From a bacterium (GTDB lineage Bacteria; UBP14; UBA6098; JAFGQG01), in the NCBI GenBank assembly GCA_016935765.1, contig JAFGQG010000175.1, forward strand, positions 355 through 64,354: DNA of 64,000 nucleotides. Reading direction: 5' to 3'. A program made the translations under genes and the position numbers. Under the pieces are notes generated by a model. That model did no database searches. It was not told the origin of the DNA and worked only from the letters and a program-made list of their open reading frames with translations. Of this stretch, positions 56,201 to 64,000 are shown in pieces; positions within the stretch are counted from its first letter, which is position 1, and each line of letters starts with the position of its first letter.

Positions 56201-59077
56201 TTCGGTGAGGTTCCCATCGCTACTCTCTCCGACCCGGTAACGGACCATTCCGGGGATGGCGAAATATGGGTGGCTTGCCCCACGGAAACGCTATTTATCA
56301 ACTTCACCGACTCTGACAGTAATTTGATACCGGACAGCATTCGAGTGCAGGTGAACGATGACACTTTAACCATTTACAGCGCTGGTGTTACCTGGACCGG
56401 GGACGGAACCGGCGGCACTTTCGCTTATCTCCCCGAACCTTCGGGATGGATTGAAGGGGTAGTCTATACAGTAACTGTTCTGGCTGCTGTTGATTCTCTT
56501 GGTAATATACTTGCTGATCCACCTTCACCGCTTATCTTCTCTGTGGATTATTCACCGCCAATTTTATCGGCGTTTTATCCCTTACCTGGCGCGGTTGTAA
56601 CGGTGCCCTCGATCGATGCTTATTTTTCGTCCGAAGACCTGGGCATCGATGTAAGGATAGACAGCCTGTACGTGGAGATCGATGGCATGCCTTTAACTGC
56701 CGTGGAGGATAGCGGTACTTCTCTCGATTCACTGGAAGACGGGGAGGAAGTCTGTCTCACCGCGGTCAGCTGGGACGATTACTGCGATTATGGCTGCCCG
56801 GAGATTACCCACCGCGCTGAGACTACCTGGTGCTTCACCCTCGATTTTGCCGGTATCTCTGTTTCAGGACCAAACCTCTACATCTGCCAGGGAAGCGCGG
56901 ACTCATTCGATATCACCGCGGCCGGCGGCTCTGGTACTTTGAGTTTCCTGTGGTCGCCACCTGATTTCCTGAGCGATGTAAATGTGCTGAATCCACTCGT
57001 CGATCCGGATATTCCGACATCACCGGATACGCTGGGATACACCCTTACCGTAACTGACTCGTTCGGAGTTGCTGTTGAGGAAACCTTTTATGTTTTTCTC
57101 AGTTCTCCGATGTATATATATCAGCTTTTTGATGGCGAAATGCCAGATAGTCATGCGTATTTTTGTGAAGGAGAGGACTTGAATATATCGTTCGATATTT
57201 CCGGCGGAGTCCCTCCTTACACGGCTGAGTGGCACCTGTCAACAGGCGAAACCTTGTACTTCGAAGATTCGACTTTAACTATGGATACTACGACCGAGTT
57301 TACGGTTGTAATAACTGATGCCTTCGGATGCCGGGATTCTACAACTGCTGAAGCATGGGTGTGTGATTCTCCTGCTCCGTTCAGCTGGATATATCCTGCT
57401 CCCGATGAGGAGGTTCCAGTCGGACCGGTTACCCTAATATGGGAAGCATCCTACGTCAGTGAGGGGATACTGACTTACGATGTGTATCTTGATGATATTC
57501 TTATCGCAGACGATATTATCGATACAACTTTTACGACGGATTCGATCCCCTGCGGTGAAACTCACACCTGGACGGTGGTAGCTGAGAATAATTGCTACGG
57601 AGAGTGTGCCCTGGTCGATTCGTTCCCGATGGATCCGCCATTTCATACTGAGCCCTGTGACTTATGCTCGTTGGAAGTTTACGGCGCTGATGCAGCTATT
57701 TGTTATGGCGAATCTTCTACGTTCGGCGTCTATGCCGAGGGTGCAACCGCAGACCTGGAGATTACCTGGGATCCTGCCGATGGGCTATCGGATCCAACTA
57801 TTCTCAATCCTGTCGCAGCGCCTGAGACCACTTCCACTTATATTATCACGGCGAGGGATACTGCCTTCGGACCAGGCTGCATCGATGTGGATACATTTAC
57901 CATCGTGGTCAGCCCTGAGATTAATATATCATATTGGCTCTTTGCGGAAGACACATTTTGGTTCTGTATGGGCTATGATCAAGAGTTTTACGCTGACTTT
58001 ACCGGTGGCATCCCTCCGTATTCGTACGAGTGGACGATAAATGATACGGGTGTCATAACAGATTCAAGTTTCACTCATCCCATGGGTGAGTCTTTTAATC
58101 TTGTATTAACAGTTTATGACAGTTTGGGATGCTGGGATTCGGATACCTTATTGGTCCTTGTTTGCGATACGCTTCAGCAATTTTATTTAGTATCCCCGGA
58201 GGCTGATGAAACGGTTCCTCCTGATTCGGTGCAGTTGATATGGACATCTGCTGATGTTATCCTTGGCAATGTTTACTATGATGTTTACTTGGACGATTCA
58301 CTAATAGCGTCAGGGATCACTGACACTTTCACGTGGACGAATCCGATTCCCTGCGGCGAAACGCATTCCTGGGGAGTATGGGCTTATTCGGATTGCGACG
58401 GGTGCGATTTCTGGCGTGAGATATTTGGAGATCCCGTTTTTCACACCTCCCCTTGCCTGTATCCAGACCTCTATGTTGAAGATAGCGATATAGAATTCGA
58501 GGATTTTCAGCTGCAGCCGATTACCCGGACGGAGGAGGGTGATTCGCTGCTTATCTATGCCACGGTCCATAACGACTCATTCGAGACATTGCATAATTTT
58601 GTGGTTTGCTTCAGCATCAACGGCTCGAGGCTGGACAGCTTCATCATCGATTCCCTGCTGGCTGATGATGAGATTACATTAACGCTGCGGGACGCTTTCC
58701 CTGAAGGCGCTTACGAGATCTGCGCTTATGCCGACTGCGGTGACAGGATTTTCGAGAGTGAAGAGAATAATAACGAAGGCTGCGCTGTACTATATGTTAT
58801 CGGTGTGAAGTGCGACGCTCATCCGACTCCCTTCTCTCCCAACGGAGACAACTACAATGACGAAGTTAAATTCGAGTATCCCGGAATAGCGGAGCGAGAG
58901 GGGATAATCAGGATCTATGACATAAACAACACGCTGGTTCGTGAGTTGGATGGAGGAGTATCCGATTGGGATGGCTTCGATGAGGAAGGGCATCGCGCGC
59001 CGAAAGGGATTTACATTTATATAATTGAAAAGGACAGCAAGATTGTATGTAACGGAACGATTTATCTTGTGAGGTAG
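53237..59077 (+). CDS. Giant Cys-rich Ig-repeat surface protein with CARDB and gliding-motility (type B/CHU_C-like) CTD
   Basis: Signal peptide; repeated P.AR...P....(S/A)C..Q / WSF.VDL.PP modules; PTPFSPNGDNYND..WDG..G.Y.Y..GTIYLVR. Confidence 0.88.
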   Translation: MRYNNLILPILLISLVFFSQVQADSTSAVSDLGVLDNCSPRVTIDFPGLNDTLICNSDSVLLWTAIDSFFNPNPIISIEYSYDGGPFTSLASDEENDGIWEWLSIPPISSNNVLILLTAIDSLGNIGSDTSEVFTIYCNVVGPVARIIEPLPNTVTSCDDQEIIVEILDVDGVDASTIRLSIISSWIADTFDISDSRLTFVNDTLRFTPVGPTWEHCETVQVCLLEAMDNFGNSLAAGELCWSFLVDLLPPELVSSYPIDGGTVYDTLQPITIRLVDDCSGIDPDSLLLIVNDSNLTLDDPCLTLDDTMLYFDPALCGMSFPFGTTAEYCLMYARDFAEYCGPNVTPPNCFQFFIWLMDTLGPTARLITPHDGWIVACTDQIIMIMLTDTNPVEPSSIILEVNGIPYTTDSTQLEYTDLLLIFTPSEWFVNGELIEINLLAAEDVFGNPMARTYYWSFTMDLAPPIFVGYSPTDDTLRSATPEIRFEILDSISGVDPFTLQITINGSLFTFPGDFNWEFDEIIFDPADHGMAFSNGENVEACLVIAGDSPDTCIPNTLRDTCFNFIVDLAGPHTFIHSPTGYTSCEYQTIEIDFSSRFGVDSTSISFRLNADIMDIYDPELSLSGLTLTYTPTIPFSDGDTLNVSLISLEDTTGIGASELPHAWSFIVDLTPPEVTPVTPGVGTTVVTPPELITVTVSDRLAGLRLDSLWIQIDGGTRYFISDPGVFWGEPVLGFYPDSAGVVFADYDTVEVCVGAMDLAEYCGPNGTLFCWTFYISRGDNPVARIDSPEDVFIDGEIWVACPTECIVIVIDDPDSNLVLDSIRFNIDMSTFFLSSPGVTWVGDEAHINITYCPPDGWDDNDTIIVTNVVAYDSYGNPLAGTPPYLEFMTDFSPPEFSGVIPSDTILATTSAAIGFSATDLRDVINESLYVYVNGVFRGSRASANWSVGSLEDGDSVCVTAVCWDDTADYGCPIYTHRAETTWCFLISFGEVPIATLSDPVTDHSGDGEIWVACPTETLFINFTDSDSNLIPDSIRVQVNDDTLTIYSAGVTWTGDGTGGTFAYLPEPSGWIEGVVYTVTVLAAVDSLGNILADPPSPLIFSVDYSPPILSAFYPLPGAVVTVPSIDAYFSSEDLGIDVRIDSLYVEIDGMPLTAVEDSGTSLDSLEDGEEVCLTAVSWDDYCDYGCPEITHRAETTWCFTLDFAGISVSGPNLYICQGSADSFDITAAGGSGTLSFLWSPPDFLSDVNVLNPLVDPDIPTSPDTLGYTLTVTDSFGVAVEETFYVFLSSPMYIYQLFDGEMPDSHAYFCEGEDLNISFDISGGVPPYTAEWHLSTGETLYFEDSTLTMDTTTEFTVVITDAFGCRDSTTAEAWVCDSPAPFSWIYPAPDEEVPVGPVTLIWEASYVSEGILTYDVYLDDILIADDIIDTTFTTDSIPCGETHTWTVVAENNCYGECALVDSFPMDPPFHTEPCDLCSLEVYGADAAICYGESSTFGVYAEGATADLEITWDPADGLSDPTILNPVAAPETTSTYIITARDTAFGPGCIDVDTFTIVVSPEINISYWLFAEDTFWFCMGYDQEFYADFTGGIPPYSYEWTINDTGVITDSSFTHPMGESFNLVLTVYDSLGCWDSDTLLVLVCDTLQQFYLVSPEADETVPPDSVQLIWTSADVILGNVYYDVYLDDSLIASGITDTFTWTNPIPCGETHSWGVWAYSDCDGCDFWREIFGDPVFHTSPCLYPDLYVEDSDIEFEDFQLQPITRTEEGDSLLIYATVHNDSFETLHNFVVCFSINGSRLDSFIIDSLLADDEITLTLRDAFPEGAYEICAYADCGDRIFESEENNNEGCAVLYVIGVKCDAHPTPFSPNGDNYNDEVKFEYPGIAEREGIIRIYDINNTLVRELDGGVSDWDGFDEEGHRAPKGIYIYIIEKDSKIVCNGTIYLVR

Positions 59078-59396
59078 AAATTTAAGAAGAATTTTTTAAT
59101 TTTATGTATTTCAGAATAACGGTAAAATAATTAAAATGAAAATATTTGGATTAAAAGGCTTTAGTAAAACAATAATAATACTAAAATATTGTAATGTTGA
59201 AATTAGTTTGTTAAGCTTAAATACTATGAAAACACATAGTAAGAAATTAGTAAAAATAAAATATATTGGGAATAAAATAGATGAGAACACTTGGATTACG
59301 ATAAAAGGTAAGGTTATTGAAATATAGAATACAAAATCAGATAAAATCAACCAAGCAGGATTAATAGGAGATGAAAATCTTAGGAGAATAAATGAC

Positions 59397-59470
59397 AATT
59401 CCAGTAATTCCCGTGGATTCCAGTTTCGTTCCAATATATTCCAGTGAATTCCAGTCGTTTCCAATGAATT
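59397..59470. repeat. TTCCA-core micro-array, left flank of the ATPase
   Basis: Seven 9-11 nt units; first 26 nt match 60674-60699 with 3 mismatches. Confidence 0.8.
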
Positions 59471-59485
59471 ATCTAAGGAAAAACG

Positions 59486-60670
59486 ATGAATTTAAATGAA
59501 TTCAGAAAGCTGTTAAATAACTTTAACGATTTTCCAGTCCAGGAAAAGAATAAATTTATTGACAGGGAATCCGACGTGGATTTGCTCGAGAAATTTAGTA
59601 TTTTTTATAAAAACAAAATCGTAGGTATAGCTGGGGAAAGAGGCATCGGTAAGACTTCACTCCTTAATGTGATTTCTACCCAGGAAGAAGTAACAAAGAT
59701 CATTATCTCGATAGAGGAAAAGGAAAGTAAAATTGAGATATTAATAGACCTTCTTTTTAAATTAGCTGAAAACTTTATCCATTCCGAATATAAAGAAATA
59801 AAAAAAACTGCTGAAAAAGTGATTAAATTCATTATTGAAGAAAAAACAGAAGAGAGAAGTCGAAAAGGGGGTTTGTCTTATTTTGTTGATTTCAATTTGG
59901 GAAAGGTGGAGAAGAAAAGTGAAAGGTTTATTCTTCTTAATGTAAAGGAAGCTTTAAAATCTTTAATGAAGGAAGTAAGCGAGAAATATAAGCTACTGCT
60001 TTGTATTGATGAGATAGATAAAGAATCTCTGCACAATTTTATGGTTATAATCGATTCGATTAAGAATGCGGTAAGATTTGAAAATATTAATATAATAATA
60101 TCAATGCCACCTGTGGTTTATTTTAATTATCTTGAAGGAATAATAACGAAAAATTCGTCGTATAGTCTGGAGAATATTTTTCAGGAAATCATATATTTAA
60201 AACCACTCTCAAATGAACAAATATCCACCATAATGAGAAAGAAGCTGATGAAGTATCAGGATGTTTTACCTGCAGACACAGAGGAATTGATTCTTGATTA
60301 TGCTATGGGTAATCCTAGGATTGCTGTTTTAACTGTTTTCAATACGTTAGGTAGAAAAAAACATACAAAACCTCGTCTTGAAAAAAAGGATGTTCTTGAG
60401 GTAATCATGCCAGTTCTTATACATTATATGGAAAATTTGGATTTGACTGATAAAGAAAACCAAAGCTTAAAATTAATAGCTAAATTAGGTACTGCTTTTA
60501 CAAAGAATAGTGCCACTAATTTATTAGAAAGAAATGAATTCCCGCAATCTACGGCTTATATGGTTTTTGATAAATTGGTGGAGAAAAAGGTTTTGATCGA
60601 AAAAAATAACAATGGGAAATTGTATGAGTTTAATAAATACTTATATGTTTTCTTCAAATATGGAGGATAA
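59486..60670 (+). CDS. AT-rich P-loop ATPase (AAA/STAND-like) with probable C-terminal winged helix
   Basis: FIDRE, Walker A GERGIGKT, Walker B LCIDEID, GNPR, terminal STAY..F.KL.EK.VL. Confidence 0.82.
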   Translation: MNLNEFRKLLNNFNDFPVQEKNKFIDRESDVDLLEKFSIFYKNKIVGIAGERGIGKTSLLNVISTQEEVTKIIISIEEKESKIEILIDLLFKLAENFIHSEYKEIKKTAEKVIKFIIEEKTEERSRKGGLSYFVDFNLGKVEKKSERFILLNVKEALKSLMKEVSEKYKLLLCIDEIDKESLHNFMVIIDSIKNAVRFENINIIISMPPVVYFNYLEGIITKNSSYSLENIFQEIIYLKPLSNEQISTIMRKKLMKYQDVLPADTEELILDYAMGNPRIAVLTVFNTLGRKKHTKPRLEKKDVLEVIMPVLIHYMENLDLTDKENQSLKLIAKLGTAFTKNSATNLLERNEFPQSTAYMVFDKLVEKKVLIEKNNNGKLYEFNKYLYVFFKYGG

Positions 60671-60673
60671 AAA

Positions 60674-60727
60674 AATTCCGGTAATTCCAGCGGATTCCAA
60701 AGGATTCCAATGAATTCCAATGAGATT
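60674..60727. repeat. TTCCA-core micro-array, right flank of the ATPase
   Basis: aattccggtaattccagcggattccaaaggattccaatgaattccaatgag. Confidence 0.8.
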
Positions 60728-60772
60728 TTAAATAACAAATATATGAAATGTAAATATAAAGAGGTGGTAAAT

Positions 60773-63598
60773 ATGAAATGGTCAAAAATCATCTTTGTAA
60801 TAATCCTGGTTTTAGGTTTACTTGCCAGTTATTCTTTTTCCCAAACACTCACCGGGGTACGCCCGAACGGCATGGGTGGTGCATTTACAGCGATTTCCAA
60901 CGATGGGAACGCCCTCGAATGGAATCCCGCCGGGGTGACCTCGTATAAATACCACATGTTCCACGGGGATTACTCCAGGCTCTTCCTTGGGGTGGATAAC
61001 GACAATCTGAACGAGGGGTTCGTGGGTTATGTCCATCATCTGAAAGGCATCCATTTAGGACTCAGCGTGAAGTCTCTCTTTACTAAGATTTACCGCAAGA
61101 ACGTAGTTGGATTTACCGCGGGGCGCGAGATATTCACCAACTTTTCTGTTGGAACCCGTTTCAAACTCATCATGGACTCCTTCAATGAAAATGAATTCTA
61201 CTTCATAAACGGCGAAGACGAAAACCCTTTAGATGATCCGGTGTTCGGTAATGGTTATGGTAAAACCGGTTTTGCATTGGATTTTGGCGCTTTGTATCAG
61301 CCCATCAGGGACCTGCAATTCGGGGTATCCGTTTTAGATATTCTTGAACCGGACATGGCATTGAGTCCCGACCTCGTTTCCGGGGAGGATAATTCCAGCA
61401 AGAAACCCATGAAGTTCAGGTTCGGTGCGGCTTACGACTACAGGGATTACTTAACCGCATCCACAGACATTTACTATGATACCCAGAACCTCGGCGGCAA
61501 GGGTTTCGGCTTCGCGCTTGGAGTAGAAAGCTGGGCTCTTCTCGCGAACAGGGATCTCGGTTTACGAACCGGATACGACCATGAACGGTTCTATGCTGTC
61601 GGTTTGAGTTATAGATTTCATATCCCGTTCCCGCTAAGAGTGGATTATTCATTCATGTATCCGCTATCATCAGCGGGGAAAGCCGGAATGACCACCCACA
61701 AAGCGGGATTGTCGATCGGAATAAAGCCGAAGGAGAGGCTGCCCGATATGGTGCCCACAAATATCGCGTTTGCGAAGGAAACCACCTATGTTTCGACAGA
61801 AAATGCTCTGTCAGTGGAAATAAAAAATGCCGGGGATAAGGATAGCGAAGCGTTTGGTGTCTCTCTCTATAAGAAGGTTGGCGATGAGTATTCATATTTA
61901 GAAACGAAACAGGTTGATGGTCTTGGTTCCAGCGATAAGGCGCAGGTTGGTTTTACAGTAATGCCGGACAGCCCCGGGCAGCATGAATACCACGTTTCTG
62001 TGGACGATAATGGCGCGAAGACCCCTAAAAAGCCGGACGGCGCGGTTGAAGAACATAACGAGCAGAACAACCTGATCTCCGGTAAATACAACACGATAAT
62101 TGAACCCACCGGGGATATAGAACTCGAACCCGGCGTCCTGGTTATGAGTAAAATGCTCTATATTAACGAAGAGGAGGCTATTGTTCCGGTTATCTACTTT
62201 GATGCGAATGACACTAAAGTAGCGGACAGGTATGATTGGCTGCTTGAACTCCTTGCGGAGAGGTTGGAAAGGAACAAGGATGCGGTACTGGTTCTTAGGG
62301 GCTACTATCATCCTGAGAGTGATGATAGATCCACGGAGGACCTTGCCTGGCAGAGAGCTGAAGCTGTGAAGGAGAAGATCCTGGGATTTAATGACAGGAT
62401 ACCTTATAAGGTGTTTGTCATGAAGGATCACGATCCCAGCGCGCCAAGGGTAGCGGTGAAGAAGTACGTGAGTCAGGAGAGCGATCTTCCCCTTGTGAAT
62501 GCTGAGAACCGCAGGGTTGAGTTGGGAATCGATTTTCGGAAGAAGGAGGAGTTTATACAGCCGGAATTCAGCGACAGAGACCTGAACGACATAGCCCAGG
62601 TGGTTAAAACGAGCCTGGAGAATAATCCATTAGCTGAAGTTATTGCCACGGTAGGGGAGAACCTGGACACGCGCCTCGCTTATGAGACTCGTGAAAGACT
62701 GGCTGCTAAGCTTCCGGATGAGCTGCGTCCCAGGATTTACTTTAGTATTGTAAAACATGATAAAGACCCTAATTCCATCATGATACAGCTCAGGGGAGAA
62801 GAGATCCTGTACCGGGCTAAGGCTGTCCATTCCGCGCTGGATTATCAATATGAAGGTAAGAAGGATACCGATATAAAGCTCGAAGCTGACGGTTTGATAT
62901 CTAATTACAAAGTTGATATAGTCGATCTCGATGGGAACGTCTTCACCACGCTCAAACAAGGGGAAGGTAAGCCCCCAGCGACTGTAACCTGGGACTGGAA
63001 GGATGAAGGTGGCAACCTGATTTCCGGGGATAAGAAATATCTGGCGAAGTTGACGCTGGATGATGTTAAAGGCACCGAAGTTGTAAAATATTCTAAAGAT
63101 ACAGTAAATATTGAGATACATGAAGAGATAGAGCGTATTGACAGGATTTTGATAGTGCAGTTCCTGTTTGATGAGGCGGTTGCTACTTCAAGGTTCTTTG
63201 TTGACAGGTTGGAGTATGTGGCTGACCTTATCAACAGCTATGCTACCGAGCAGAATAAAAAGGTAGAAGTGGTAGTTGAAGGGCATACGGACAGAACTGG
63301 TTTATTATCAAGGAACAAGCAGCTTTCGGAAGAGCGCTCTATGGAAGTTTACAATAAACTGCTTGATTATTTCGCCGAGATGAACAATTTACAAACTCAC
63401 GCCCAAGTGGAGAATTGGCTGGCAGAGAATGATATAGAGATTACGCAGGAAGCTTATGCCTGGGATAAACCGTACAAGATAAACGTCTGGCGTGAAGGAG
63501 AACTGCAGGAGATGCTGCTGGGAGACAATGAATACCCGGAAGGCAGGATGATCAACCGGAGAGTGGTCATACAGATACGGCTCGAGAAAAAATTCTAA
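60773..63598 (+). CDS. PorP/PorV-like barrel fused to CARDB, FlgD-like and two OmpA-like domains
   Basis: RPNGMGGAFTA..WNPAG; VEEHNEQNN; YF.AN..QRAEAVK..ENRRVE; EGHTD.TG..N.QLS..R..NRRV; GAGG RBS. Confidence 0.82.
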   Translation: MKWSKIIFVIILVLGLLASYSFSQTLTGVRPNGMGGAFTAISNDGNALEWNPAGVTSYKYHMFHGDYSRLFLGVDNDNLNEGFVGYVHHLKGIHLGLSVKSLFTKIYRKNVVGFTAGREIFTNFSVGTRFKLIMDSFNENEFYFINGEDENPLDDPVFGNGYGKTGFALDFGALYQPIRDLQFGVSVLDILEPDMALSPDLVSGEDNSSKKPMKFRFGAAYDYRDYLTASTDIYYDTQNLGGKGFGFALGVESWALLANRDLGLRTGYDHERFYAVGLSYRFHIPFPLRVDYSFMYPLSSAGKAGMTTHKAGLSIGIKPKERLPDMVPTNIAFAKETTYVSTENALSVEIKNAGDKDSEAFGVSLYKKVGDEYSYLETKQVDGLGSSDKAQVGFTVMPDSPGQHEYHVSVDDNGAKTPKKPDGAVEEHNEQNNLISGKYNTIIEPTGDIELEPGVLVMSKMLYINEEEAIVPVIYFDANDTKVADRYDWLLELLAERLERNKDAVLVLRGYYHPESDDRSTEDLAWQRAEAVKEKILGFNDRIPYKVFVMKDHDPSAPRVAVKKYVSQESDLPLVNAENRRVELGIDFRKKEEFIQPEFSDRDLNDIAQVVKTSLENNPLAEVIATVGENLDTRLAYETRERLAAKLPDELRPRIYFSIVKHDKDPNSIMIQLRGEEILYRAKAVHSALDYQYEGKKDTDIKLEADGLISNYKVDIVDLDGNVFTTLKQGEGKPPATVTWDWKDEGGNLISGDKKYLAKLTLDDVKGTEVVKYSKDTVNIEIHEEIERIDRILIVQFLFDEAVATSRFFVDRLEYVADLINSYATEQNKKVEVVVEGHTDRTGLLSRNKQLSEERSMEVYNKLLDYFAEMNNLQTHAQVENWLAENDIEITQEAYAWDKPYKINVWREGELQEMLLGDNEYPEGRMINRRVVIQIRLEKKF

Positions 63599-63684
63599 AT
63601 GCAATTCTCCTGACTTAGTTTCTTTATTGATAGATGTGAAATATTTAATATAGAACATGGGATAACTATTTCAGATTGTTGAAG

Positions 63685-63730
63685 TCCCCTATAACAAGAG
63701 GGGTGGCAGGCGAATGCCTGACGGGGTGTG
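63685..63730. repeat. Small palindromic repeat
   Basis: tcccctataacaagaggggtggcaggcgaatgcctgacggggtgtg (two hairpins). Confidence 0.45.
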
Positions 63731-63835
63731 TAATTCGTAAAGAATATAAAAAAATAATCATAAAAGATTTGACAGGCGGAGTATTACATATAAATTATAA
63801 TGCGAAAATTTAACAGGTGGTATTTGGTGAAAGAT

Positions 63836-63910
63836 GGGCGACTAGCTCAGTTGGTTTAGAGCGCGTGCCTTACAAGCACGAGGTCAGAGGTTCGAATCCT
63901 CTGTCGCCCA
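63836..63910 (+). tRNA. tRNA-Val(TAC), CCA not encoded
   Basis: GGGCGACTAGCTCAGTTGGTTTAGAGCGCGTGCCTTACAAGCACGAGGTCAGAGGTTCGAATCCTCTGTCGCCCA. Confidence 0.96.
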
Positions 63911-63921
63911 TATTGTTTTTT

Positions 63922-63948
63922 AAACCGCAGATGGACGCAGATAAACGC
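63922..63948. repeat. 10-mer ACGCAGAT array after tRNA-Val
   Basis: aaaccgcagatggacgcagataaacgc. Confidence 0.55.
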
Positions 63949-64000
63949 TAAGTACTACAGATAAGAAAAAACTGGAAATACTAATTATATTTAAGCTAAA

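Noticed and set aside
51621-59077. 259-aa and 1946-aa ORFs as one gene broken by the TA insertion
   Set aside because: The second has its own RBS and signal peptide, and the first ends at the same conserved point as the 998-aa protein.
59111-59464. Short AT-rich ORFs before the ATPase
   Set aside because: No recognisable motifs; one merely translates the repeat array. A decayed remnant is possible but unsupported.
52641-60727. Micro-arrays as CRISPR arrays
   Set aside because: Units are 9-11 nt with no unique spacers, and no cas genes are present.

Overview
A 64-kb chromosomal window from a diderm bacterium, inferred to be an FCB-group candidate phylum outside Bacteroidota: it uses TTGACA/TATA(A/T)T promoters and Shine-Dalgarno sites, yet is dense in T9SS-like cargo. 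Ten large secreted proteins end in Por/FlgD-Ig or gliding-type C-terminal sorting domains. They include three tandem paralogues, an M4/M36 peptidase, a GH18, a purple acid phosphatase and a 1946-aa Ig-repeat protein. Two PorV/PorP-like barrel genes each lie downstream of a cargo gene. Also present are tRNA-Asp, tRNA-Val, an isocitrate/isopropylmalate-family dehydrogenase, three toxin-antitoxin pairs, an orphan P-loop ATPase and many small palindromic or short-tandem repeats. The best candidates for undescribed biology are: (1) a four-gene operon (OB-fold cargo, PorV-like barrel, HhH-barrel, FadL-like channel) that looks like a pilus-independent nucleic-acid capture system; (2) AT-rich defence-type genes bracketed by direct-repeat TCCA-core micro-arrays, resembling cassettes inserted into a surface-protein locus; (3) Ig-module surface proteins whose ends are split at matching points, suggesting strand complementation; (4) a CDF-HflK fusion/HflC/HflK operon facing a His/Glu-rich lipoprotein. 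All assignments were made by eye; no searches were run.
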